From assembly GCA_001643675.2 (NCBI GenBank), contig LSRY02000008.1, positions 930,001-994,000 of the forward strand: a DNA stretch of 64,000 nucleotides. The letters are read 5' to 3'. Shown here piece after piece: positions 1 to 10,808 of the stretch. The notes under the pieces were generated by a model, which was not told where the DNA came from, did not search any database, and saw only the letters and a list, made by a program, of their open reading frames with translations. A program made the position numbers and the translations under genes. Every line of letters starts with the position of its first letter. The stretch's first letter is position 1. The stretch comes from Monocercomonoides exilis PA203. Lineage: Eukaryota; Protista; Preaxostyla.

Positions 1-434
1 AAAAAGATGAAATGTGAAAAACTCGTAAAAAATTGTTCAAAACAAATAATAATTATAATGATAAAACTTCAACTCATATGTTTTTTGGACTAATTGTTAA
101 AAACAAACAAAAAAGGAAAGACATTCCAAAAGGGTCAAAACTAAATATTGAAACATCTTGACTAGTCAAAAGTTCAAACAAAAAAAAATACACAGTGAAT
201 TTAAAATTCTGAAATTACAAAAAAAAAAAAAAAGTTAAAATACAACTTCTTCAAAGGCATATTTTTTTTAGCCGACATGCATCGCTTCATCTTTCCTTGT
301 CGCAAAGGTTTATTATCGATTTTGAACAATTACATTTTAATGAAACCGAATAAATAGTTTGTTTGATCGAATGCATAATAATTATCAATCTGAACATTTT
401 TAAGAATTATTATTTGTACGACTTGAACAGCGTT

Positions 435-1619
435 ATGAGCTCCAATAGCGATGCTATTAACAATAAAACTAAAAATGAAACAGCTCTTTCAGAAAAAATA
501 GACGAACATTCTTTGAAGGACGAAAACGGAAGGAGTTCAGCAATGCAATTTACTGTTGCGAAGAAAACAGAACCACAAGAATGGATGAAAATAGAGGATG
601 AAAATGGAGAAAAGAATGGATTGAAAAGTTCCAACGAATCAACAACAAACATTAAAGCAAAATTATCAAAGGGAAAGTGTCTGGTCATCATTCTGTGTAT
701 CATACTTGTATGTGCAATTGCATTGATATGGATAGCAAATTATAAAATTGGCCCATTGAAATGGACGAGGCATTTCAATGAACTTGCAGACAATGGTGGA
801 AGAACAATGGCTATGAAATGGATTGAATATTTGAAGACAGAACCACCAAAATGGATGAGGCATAGAAGTTCGTTTCCTGATAAAGACGGTAAAACAATGG
901 CCATGCTGTGGATCGAACTCGTGAAAGCAAATCCACCAGAGTGGATGAGACATGACATAACACTAAATGATAACTTTGGATGGACAATGGCGATGCTATG
1001 GATTAGATATGTTGGAACTGATCCTCCAGAATGGATGAAACACGAGATTACTCTTACTGACAAGAATGGAAGAACAATGGCAATGTTGTGGATTTATTTT
1101 GTTCAAACAGAACCACCAGAATGGATGAGGCATGATATTAAACTTGTGGATAACAATGGATGGACAATGGCAATGAAATGGATTCAAGACATTAACACAG
1201 AACCACCAGAGTGGATGAGGCATGATGCCTTGCTTGCTGATAAAGAAGGGAGGACAATGGAAATGCTATGGATAGGATATAATGGAACAGAACCACCAGA
1301 GTGGATGAGACATGATTATTTATATGCAGACAAAAATGGATGGACAATGGCGATGCTATGGATAAGTTATTTTGGAACTAATCCACCAGAATGGATGAGG
1401 CATAAAAATGAATTTAAAGATAAGGAGGGGAAAACGATGATTGATTATTGGGAAAGATATGTGAGAAGAGAGATACCGGAATGGATGAAATACAATGAAT
1501 TTGTTGTTGCTGCTGATGATAATGGAGCGACAGATGCAATTTGTTGGTTCAAGGAAATGTTACAAAAGCATCAGAACCGAAGTGGAAAGAAAATACACTT
1601 GAAGTTGAAGATAGAATAG
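435..1619 (+). CDS. Membrane-anchored Trp/Met-rich 30-aa ankyrin-like repeat protein (paralog A)
   Basis: First in-frame ATG at 435 of ORF 363..1619. One hydrophobic helix (CLVIILCIILVCAIALIWI), then 7 repeats HDxxLxDxxGxTMAMxWIxxxxTEPPEWMR and a terminal 'TMIDYW' cap repeat. The 3' tail degenerates; a repeat-like remnant continues in another frame at 1541..1753. Confidence 0.8.
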   Translation: MSSNSDAINNKTKNETALSEKIDEHSLKDENGRSSAMQFTVAKKTEPQEWMKIEDENGEKNGLKSSNESTTNIKAKLSKGKCLVIILCIILVCAIALIWIANYKIGPLKWTRHFNELADNGGRTMAMKWIEYLKTEPPKWMRHRSSFPDKDGKTMAMLWIELVKANPPEWMRHDITLNDNFGWTMAMLWIRYVGTDPPEWMKHEITLTDKNGRTMAMLWIYFVQTEPPEWMRHDIKLVDNNGWTMAMKWIQDINTEPPEWMRHDALLADKEGRTMEMLWIGYNGTEPPEWMRHDYLYADKNGWTMAMLWISYFGTNPPEWMRHKNEFKDKEGKTMIDYWERYVRREIPEWMKYNEFVVAADDNGATDAICWFKEMLQKHQNRSGKKIHLKLKIE

Positions 1620-2916
1620 AGAGGGGAATAATATGGATCTATTTATTCAAAAAAGTGCCCTTGCCATCACGAATGAAACAATGCATTGCAGTTGGAGATG
1701 AAAGCGTGAGGGCAAGCATAGAATTAGAAGCACCAGAAATGGAAGATGACTGAAAATTCCACACGAGTGATTGAATCATTTCCATTGAGGATATTATTTC
1801 TGAAGCATTGAACAAACAGGCTAACAGATTTGCATGTGTGTAAATAAAGGCTATTTAGCAACATTTCGGAATTCATGACTTTTCTTTCTTTCTTTTATTT
1901 CTTTCTTTTCTTTCTTTCTTTCTCTCGATTCTTTGAATGCACTTTTTCTGTTTCAATAAATACTTGGACATGCTTCAAAGATATCTCATTTTGATCTCCT
2001 TTCGGTTTGCTTTCGATTGTTTTTATATTTTCCCAGAGCAATTGGAGCAATTAATTACAATATTTTGGTTTTTACAAATTATTTTTTTTTCACGTTTTTA
2101 TTTAATTTTATTTTATTTTGTGAAGTTTAGTTACGTTTTGTTTTAATTTTTTACAAAATAATTGAAATAATTTTAATTTGATTCTGTCAATAATCAAAGA
2201 TAAGCTCAAACCAGAAAATGTAGTTTTCTTTTATTTTTTCATATTTTATTTTTTGAAGTAACTTTTATACAATTTCGAGAAATAATTGGGCATGCTTCAA
2301 ACAAATTCGATTTTACTTTCTATTTTCTGATTTTATTTTGTAAGCTCATTTTATTTTAACTGGTTATGTGTTCTTGTCAGTTTTATTAATTTTTAAAAGT
2401 CAACGATTTCTGTAATTCTTACAAATTACTTTTTTTACAAATTCTTATTTTTCCATTTTGAGAACATTTCATGCATAAGAAACATTGAGTGACATACGTA
2501 GTTTTTATTCATAAATCGCGATAATTGAAATTTTATCTTTGAAAAAATATTTAGAAATGAAATCATATAAAGAGAAAACAGAAAAAAAGAGAAAACACTA
2601 AACTTGAAGATTTTGAATCTTCAAAATAGAAACTACGCTGAATTGGAAAAACAAAAAATTACATATTTCGAAGCACATAGCAAAGATATCATGTGTTGAT
2701 TGTGAAATATATTTTAAAATTAGCTTTACGAGTTACTTCCTTGTCAAAAGAAGAAGAGAAATCAAAAGGTAATGAAGAGATCTGAGATGGAAGCTAATGA
2801 AATTTCATTGAAGAAAGGAGTAAAATTGTTGGAACATTCGGAGTCATGTCAGAATCTTTTCTGTTAAAGAAGAATCAGTTGAATGCATTTTTGTAGAGAA
2901 ATGAAAATATTGATCA

Positions 2917-3609
2917 TTGAATGTGAATTTGGAAAGATTGTCTTTTCCATCCACTTCAACAAGAGACACTTCAGACACAGATTCAACGTTTGTTAGAGGT
3001 GAAGATCTATGTCCAACCACTTCATCCATGTCGAATCTGGTGGATGCAATGGCCTGCTCATCGCCTCATGAAAAGCTGATTGTGGATGTGAGGGATTCTC
3101 TGTTCATGCTGCTTCACGGAAAGAACAACACAAAGGAGATGGCAATTGGCACACTGGAAGAGAGGGAGCAGACAGCTGCTCAGATCCTGTTCTGGGTGGC
3201 TAATCTTGCTTCTCACTCATTTGATGAAATGGAAAATCCTCTTCAATCTCTTTCCAATTTGAGTCCTCACATTGTGTTGTTCTCTGAGCACATGGCGATC
3301 TGTGTTGTGATGCATTCTGACTTATTGTCCGATGATGATTCAGATTCTTCATCTATCTCATCATCAACTATTGTCACATCTGCAAGTGATGGTGATGATG
3401 ATGAAAATGATTCCCTTCCTTCATCCGCCTTTGAGGATGAAGATAGCTTCAAAAAAGAGTGTTTGAGGTGGAAGGCACCAGAGCTGCTGATCAACAGGAA
3501 GATGATGACAACAAAGGAATGGGTTGTGTTTTCAATTGGGATGATGCTGTGGGAGTTCTTGACGCTGAGGATCCCGTTTGGTAAATTTGAGGCAGAAAAA
3601 AGTAACTGA
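2917..3609 (+). pseudogene. C-terminal fragment of a tyrosine-kinase-like (TKL) family protein
   Basis: Subdomain VIII/IX-like motifs 'LRWKAPELL' and 'VFSIGMMLWEFLTLRIPFG' are present. There is no VAIK, HRD or DFG motif, the ORF has a TTG start, and upstream frames are broken by stops. Confidence 0.6.
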
Positions 3610-3902
3610 AATGGAGGTGAGTGGAAATTTGTCAGATTTCGAAGTCATGAAGAAGCCAATGCATTTAAGGTTGATGAAATAACTCATTCATCAAAAAATA
3701 AAGTGTCATTTTTTTTTTTAAGGAAAAAGGAATGAGAATAGATTTTTTTAACGAAATGGAAAATATCTGTTTTGATAATGCTCGTGTTTTTCGAAAAATA
3801 AATAATAAATTAAACATTCAACAATGCGATATTGCCATTGATGAATGTTTCAAATTTGCTTAAAGAATAATTTGAAACTTCCATAATAAAAAATTATTAA
3901 AA

Positions 3903-6140
3903 ATGTCGAGCTTTGATGTTCAGATTTATTTGTATGATTTAAGCCATGGAATGGTGCGGTCCATGTCGGCCATGCTAATTGGAAAAACTTTGGAAGGCCT
4001 GTGGCACACGGGGATTGTTGTGTAGTTTGAATTCAATTTTTCTTGAGAAATTGGCAATTTTTATTGGCGCTGTTGTTAATGGTCGCTCAAATTAATGCTT
4101 TCGCAATTCGACGCAAAAATGCATCATTTGTCAAGTGGCAAAGAATATTATTACAGCGGGGGCATTCAAAGGTTTCGAGCGATTTGATTATTGAGTTTTG
4201 ATGTTTGGCTTTTTGCTTCAAAAGCGATCTTCCAGCATGCTTATTTGGTGTTGCTGTATTGGGTCTAATTTTTGTTGCATATTTGTTTTGTTTCAGGGGC
4301 GTTCTGCAGCTGGTGCGCCGACGAAAATTATTCCGTTTGCTGAGTTAAATTTTTCTTTCGATTCTTTTTTCACAAAGAAAATGCGAACTTTCTGTAGAAT
4401 GGGGGAGACGACGATTCCGCAAGATGTGTTTGAGCAGTTCTTGAATGAAATCTCGCCTCGATACACGATGGGGTCGTATAATTTGTTGGAGCACAACTGC
4501 AACAACTTTACAAACGAGGCGTGCCAGTTCCTGACGGGAAAGCAGATTCCAAGCTGTATGATGTTTGGCTGTAAGTGAATTGAATTTTATAGTCTGGTTA
4601 TGAAAAGATATTATTGATCTTCCACGAGAATTTCTTTCCACTCCAGTTGGACAGCAGTTTAAGCCGTTGATTGATTCGTTTTTTGGAGGGGGAGATCCAC
4701 TTCAAGGAAGAGCAGTTGTATGGAAAATGATTTTTTCTTTCATTACTTACTTTCTTACTTATTTATTTTCCATAATTCCAAATATTCCTGTATATAATTT
4801 GTGGGGGGGTGGTGCAATGTGTGCAACAGCCAGGAGGGAGCTTTGGAGGCCAGGCGAGTGGAGCAGCAGGAGCAGCGTCTTCTTTCTCTTCTCCTTCTCA
4901 TTTTCCGATTTTGGGGGCATCTGCCAAGTACCTTTACGAGACAGGCAATTACGACCGCATCCTGGCGAAGCTACTTGAGAACCACACTCATTTCAAAGAA
5001 AGCTTGCTGAAAGCATCTTCTTCTACTTCTCCTTCTTCTCCTTCTTCATCAGCATCCATCTCCAATCCAGGTGTCCTGCAAGAATTCGATCTCTCTCTTC
5101 TGCAGTCGAAGGCCGTGAAGGACTTCTTCAGCTGTGTGCTGACACAGCACTCGCAGCAGACATCCAATGCAGCTCATTCGCCTCAATCGCTTCCAGCCAT
5201 CCCGGCAGGCGTTGTGGGTGTGCTGACGCGCCTGCGCTGCTGCTGGCCATCTGAGCTGCTTGTCCCTGTTGTCGACCTCCTTCGCATCCTCGCGCTGCAC
5301 CCGAAAGGCGCTGAGCTGCTCTGCAAAGAGCCTTCTTCCTCTTCCTCTCCTTCATCATCACCAACTGATGCAAAGCCCCGCATCCACGCCCCGCTGTCAA
5401 TAATCAACCTGTTCAAACAATATGCTCTTCCGAACTTATCATCATCATCATCATTCACCAACACATCCATTTCCTCTTCTCCTTCTCTTTCTTCTCTTTC
5501 TTCTTCTTCTTCTTCATTGAAGTCATCTCCAGCAGCAGCATTGCGGCTGGTGTGTATGCGGACAGCAGTGAATCTCTTTGCGAGTGAGACAGGCGCTGCA
5601 TTTGTGACGAGCCCAGAGCGTCTGCCGTTCTTTGTGGAGGCGGCTGTGTCGTGTGTGGAGGACAGTGGGAAAGAAAAAGAAGAAGAAGAAGCCAAAAGAG
5701 AAGAAGAGGGAAAAGGAAAAGAAGAAGCAGCGAGGGCAGCGCGTGGGGCAGCAGCGGTGCAGCTGGCGGGGTCGTGTCTGCTGCACAACATTGCCCTGCG
5801 GCTGGGAGAGCAGAAGGGGCAGTGCGAGGCGCTGTGCGAGGGCGGGGTGGCGGTGCTGGCGCGGGCAGTGCGGAAGGAGTGGGAGGCGAAAGGGGAGGAG
5901 TTTGCCAGGAACGAGGAAGACGTGCTGGAGGAGAGGCCGGTGGTGCTGGATGCGCTGGCCACGCTGCTGAAGGCGCTGGGCGTGGTGTGCCTGGACAACG
6001 ACGTGGCTGCTGCAGTTCTGGTCTCGTTGCCTGAGGAGGGCAGCATCGTAGACGCGTTGGCCGAGATGAAGGAGAAGCCGCAGTGGCTGCCTGTTCGGGG
6101 GATTGCTGCTGAGATTCTGAACATCGTTGAAATGGTCTGA
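3903..6140 (+). CDS. PPPDE/DeSI-1-family isopeptidase fused to a C-terminal PUL (ARM-like) domain
   Basis: Exons 3903-4024, 4136-4171, 4225-4234, 4297-4334, 4398-4555, 4608-4717 and 4830-6140 translate to MSSFDVQIYLYDLSHG...LWHTGIVVYGKEYYYSGGIQSDLPGRS...YNLLEHNCNNFT..., with catalytic His in WHTG and Cys in NCN. The last exon has PUL-like motifs WPSELLVPVVDLLRILALHP and RTAVNLF. Confidence 0.88.
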
Positions 6141-7380
6141 GGACATGGCGTTTGGCTGTTGGCCTCTCTTTTCACGCACCTTATTTTGTTAACACTTATT
6201 TTGAAAAATTATTTTTTTTATAAAAACACAAAAAATTTGAGAAATATGATCAGTTTATTTTCCAAAGAAAGGTTGTTTGTCTCATCAGTTGAATCCTGAT
6301 TATTGAAGAATTATCAATTTTTTATCAGTGGATTGAAGTCATTGGAGAGAACTTTTCGCTCACTATTTCCTTCAATTCAGTTTTTCAAATGAAATGTCAT
6401 CTTTCAACGTCATCATCGAAAAGAAATAAATATTAACCAACTTATTCAAAAAAATAGGAAAGATTTCTATAGTTTCTGCTTTCAAAATATTATTGTGATT
6501 AATTTGAAAATTTGAGGATACCAGAAATATCCTTTGTTAATAAAAGTCTGTTTTGTAATTATTTCCATTGAAATCAACAAAAACACAACAAATTTCCAAA
6601 AAAAAAAAAGGAAAAGAAAAATAAACAAAAAATTCTGTGAATAGTGTTTAAATTTTGTTTCCTTTTTTTTCGATAAAAAGAAAATCATCTCTCCATTCTC
6701 TTTTCCCCCATATTCCCTTTTCATTTCCCAACAGTTTCTTTTCCAGCTTTCGGTATGAAAGAAATTTTATCAAAATAATTTAATTCAATAATTCATATTT
6801 TTATTTTAATTATTATTATAGATTTTTTATAAAAATGGAGAAAAAGATCAGAATATCAGGTGAATGGAAATGCTTTTGAAATGAATAAAAGAAGTTGTCA
6901 AAATTCTTAAAAACAAAGAGAAATTATTCTCTTTCATGAAAATAAAAAATTTGACGTAGATTGACAAAACTGTTGATTAGGATGAATAAAAACACACATA
7001 TCATTTAAAACAGCGGGGTGAATGGAGATGTTTTCAAATGGAAAAATAAAAGTCGGTAAAAATCATTTTGTCAAATAATAATTGCTTGCTTTAAAAAAAA
7101 AAAGCTATTTGAATTGTCAGTAATCCATTCAACAATTTGGGGAGTTATTCAAACAAGTGAGAATAAGAAGAAAATGGATTGAAATGAATATTCTTTGAAG
7201 TGAATCCTTAATTTCTTGTTGAAGGACGGAAAAGTCCTTCAAAAAGGACAAAGCTCAGCAAATATCATGAGAATTGTTTAAATGATGAAAGCCTTTGCTC
7301 AGATATTTTTGTGCTGATTGGACAAATGAAATTAAGATTAATTTTTTGTTTCCGAAAGCAAACATATGAAATGAAAACAA

Positions 7381-9114
7381 TCAACCGTTCATCCAAGATG
7401 GGACCTCAGAGTCAGCATGAATTCTCCAATGATCTGCCATAGTTTTTCCTTCCTTGTCTCTAATTGTTGCATCGTGCCTCATCCACTCTGGTGGCTCTGA
7501 ATTGATGCTTCTTATCCAATGCATGGCCATTGTCCGTCCGCTCTTGTCAGCAAGTGTGGGATCATGTCTCATCCACGCTGGAGGATCAGCTCTTACGCAA
7601 ATAATAAAATACATTGCCATCGTCCATCCGTCATTGTCTGCAAGTGTGCTTTCATGTCTCATCCATTCTGGAGGTTCTGTTTTCGCGTGTGTAATCCATA
7701 ACATGGCCATCGTATTCCCATTGATATTCCCTAATATTGCATCATGCCTCATCCATTCTGGAGGTTCTTTCTTTTCATTTTTTATCCACCGCATGGCCAT
7801 TGTCCATCCATCCTCGTCTGTAAGGGCTGCACTATGTATTATTTCTTCTTGTGGTCCTGTCTTCTTCTCAATAATCCAACGCATTGCCTCTGTTCTTCCT
7901 TTTTCATCAGAAAATGCAACGTTATTTATCATCCATTTCGGTGGTGCACTCTTGACATAACTTTTCCAATGGTCTGCCATCGTTTTCACTTTCTTATCCT
8001 TCAACGAATTATCATGTCTCATCCATTCTGGTGGCTCTGTCTTCACATATTCAATCCAGTTCATCGCCATAGTCTCTCCACCGCTATCGCGAAGTGTAGC
8101 ATCATGCCTCATCCATTCTGGTGGTTCTGTTTTGACATTATAAATCCATATCATTGCCATTGTGATTCCGTTCTTATTGCAAAGTGTTATATTGTGTCTC
8201 ATCCACTCAGGTGGTTCCTTTTCAACAAACTGAATCCACAGCATAGCCATCGTCCATCCAAAATTATTTCTGATTGTTATGTCATGTCTCATCCATATTG
8301 GTGGGTCTTTCTTCACAAATTGAATCCACTTCATTGCCATTGTTTTTCCTTCCTTGTCTGCAAGTGTGTTGTCGTGTCTCATCCATCCTGGTGGTTCTGT
8401 CTTTTTCTCAATAATCCACCTCATTCCCGGCGTTTGCCCATTTTCATCTTTCAGTGTTTCATCAAATGTCATCCATTTCGGTAATTCAGTTTCAACAAAT
8501 ATGTTCCAATAATCTGCCATTGCCCATCCTCTCTTATCTTTCAATGAATTACGATGCCTTATCCATTCTGGTGGTTCTGTTCCAACCCACATAATCCACA
8601 GCATTGCCATTGTTTTTCCTTCCTTGTCCGCAAGCGTGGCATCATGTCTCATCCATTCGGGTGGTTCTGTTTTGACATAAATGATCCACCTCATTCCCGC
8701 GGTTTGTCCATTTTCATCTTTCAATGTTTCATCAAATGTCATCCATTCTGGTAATTCAGTTTTAACAAATAATCTCCAATAATCCGCCATTGTCCATCCG
8801 CTCTTTGTTTTTAATGAATTACGATGCCTTATCCATTCTGGCGGTTCTGTTCCAACCCATATAATCCACTTCATTGCCATTGTTCTTCCCCAAATATCTT
8901 TAAGAGCATTATCGTGTCTCATCCATTCTGGAGGTTCTGTCTTCACATATTCAATCCACATCATGGCCATTGTTCTTCCGTTATTATCAGCAAGTGTAAT
9001 ATCATGTCTCATCCATTCTGGAGGCTCTGTCTTTTTCTCAATAATCCATCGCATTGCCTTTGTATCTCCATTTGCATCTTTCTCAGGATTCTTCGCATCA
9101 ATTTTGTTTTCCAT
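7381..9114 (-). CDS. Trp/Met-rich 30-aa ankyrin-like repeat protein (paralog B, 19 repeats)
   Basis: Intronless ORF with ATG at 9114 (MENKIDAK). 19 tandem 90-bp repeats arranged as four capped modules of 4+3+6+6. Confidence 0.88.
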   Translation of the reverse strand: MENKIDAKNPEKDANGDTKAMRWIIEKKTEPPEWMRHDITLADNNGRTMAMMWIEYVKTEPPEWMRHDNALKDIWGRTMAMKWIIWVGTEPPEWIRHRNSLKTKSGWTMADYWRLFVKTELPEWMTFDETLKDENGQTAGMRWIIYVKTEPPEWMRHDATLADKEGKTMAMLWIMWVGTEPPEWIRHRNSLKDKRGWAMADYWNIFVETELPKWMTFDETLKDENGQTPGMRWIIEKKTEPPGWMRHDNTLADKEGKTMAMKWIQFVKKDPPIWMRHDITIRNNFGWTMAMLWIQFVEKEPPEWMRHNITLCNKNGITMAMIWIYNVKTEPPEWMRHDATLRDSGGETMAMNWIEYVKTEPPEWMRHDNSLKDKKVKTMADHWKSYVKSAPPKWMINNVAFSDEKGRTEAMRWIIEKKTGPQEEIIHSAALTDEDGWTMAMRWIKNEKKEPPEWMRHDAILGNINGNTMAMLWITHAKTEPPEWMRHESTLADNDGWTMAMYFIICVRADPPAWMRHDPTLADKSGRTMAMHWIRSINSEPPEWMRHDATIRDKEGKTMADHWRIHADSEVPSWMNG

Positions 9115-9999
9115 TTTTGTGTAATTTTTGTATAAATCGGCAATCACTTTTAGCTCACAAAGTCGTTATTCAACAAAAATGTTTGATCTGAAAAGAAATT
9201 TGTTGTATTATGGGTCACACCATTATAGAGAAGTTCCAAATTCTTAATAATTAGATAATTCAAAAGAAAAAAAAATTACAGTATTCATTCTGTTTATTGC
9301 CATTTATAGCAGATCGCATCTGTTAATTTTTTTAAGAAAACTCTTTTTCTGAAAAAGAATTATTTTGATATTATGAAAATACAAAAAAATCGATAAAATC
9401 AACAATTTTGAATGAGTTGAAATTTAAATTTCAAAGAAGCATTTGTTACTGATGCACTTTATGAAATTTCTTGAAACAATTTTCGTTTTGTTGGAAGCAT
9501 TATTGCTTTGAAATGGAATCTTGTTTGGCGTATTTTTTTGTAATTTTGCAAAAACTATGAATAATGAAGAGAAATAAAGAAAATTGTAAATGTGATTCAA
9601 TAATTTCAAAATCATTAGGATTATTATCGTTCCAGTTTTACTGTGTGCTTCATTATCCATTTTTTCAGAAACAATCACAACTTTAAGTATTTCCAAAAAA
9701 ACTTGTGAAAAGTCAATTTTCCTTGTAATTGCATCATCAAACATGGTTTTAAGGAATATTCAAAATAAAATCCTGGATGATGAGCTGCAGCGAATATTTA
9801 GTAATTGTTATCGTAAATCAATCAAAATTTGAATAGGAATCACATTTATCGCATTTTTCCAATTCTTATTTCAATGGAAAGTCTTTTTTCAACAAAAAAG
9901 ATAACCAACAATTGGAAAGCACTTGGAAAGAAAAAAACAAAGTTACATTTTATTTGAACAGACAGTTGAAAACATTAACGAAAACAAGAAATAATAGTG

Positions 10000-10545
10000 T
10001 GAAATAAGGATGATGGAGAAAGGAGCACTGGGAAATAAGTGAAAAGGAGATTGACAGCATCAGTGATTGAGCAATCCTCTGCGTTTGCGATAGGGAGAGC
10101 ATATGTGTTCTTTTTAGGAATTTATTAATCAACGCAAGACTAATAATTTTAAAATCCTTTTGATATCTTTTTTCCATTCAAACCAACAGCATTTTTTTGT
10201 GTTGAGCTCCATTTCCATGGACAATCCATATCAAGCAGCATTTTTTGGAGATAATAGGGTTTCTTCTCACTCTCCTTCGTTATCTTCATTGACAAGGTTT
10301 TTTTTATTTGGCTAATATGAAGAGCACCTTCTTCGTTATTGAGAACTTATTGACCATCAAATTCTCATGTTGCAACACGGAATAATTCTTCCATTTGTTG
10401 TTGCTGTTGGCTGTTATGTAATTCGAATCTGTTCATAATGTATGCATTTCTTCAGATGAGTCTTGCTCGCCTTTGTCTCCCAGTTCGTCCAAAGTGCATC
10501 ATCAAACTCATTTCATTCCATTTCTTTTTTGGCTTCCTCTTCTTC
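10000..10545. repeat. Dispersed repeat; inverted copy at ~46340-46890
   Basis: For example 10367 catgttgcaacacggaataattcttccatttgttgttgctgttggctg matches the reverse complement at ~46475-46521. Similarity continues over ~500 bp; boundaries are approximate. Confidence 0.8.
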
Positions 10546-10639
10546 TTTTTCTTCTTTCGTTTTTTTTTATATCTGCTACTTCGAGAATTTTGTTTGCGAA
10601 AACAGTCATTGTGTTGAAATCTGTTCATTCAGCATTAAC

Positions 10640-10685
10640 TTCCTCCTCCTCCTCCTCCTCCTCCTCCTCCTCATCATCATCATCA

Positions 10686-10731
<46 letters not shown>

Positions 10732-10746
10732 TTCTTTCTTCTTCTT
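10640..10746. repeat. Compound trinucleotide microsatellite (CCT)n(CAT)n(CTT)n
   Basis: Directly visible in the sequence. Confidence 0.95.
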
Positions 10747-10808
10747 AATCTTCAGAAGCTTTTTTTTTTGTTTTTATTTCTTCCTAAAAAATGATAAATT
10801 TTTGTATA

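Noticed and set aside
666-1223. Antisense ORFs over the repeat genes (also 7454-9135 and 50872-52032)
   Set aside because: They are shadows of the repeated sense codons and have no independent features.
7381-9114. 90-bp periodic conserved/variable pattern as a CRISPR-like array
   Set aside because: The period is exactly 30 codons in an open frame with synonymous variation. The context is eukaryotic and there are no cas genes.
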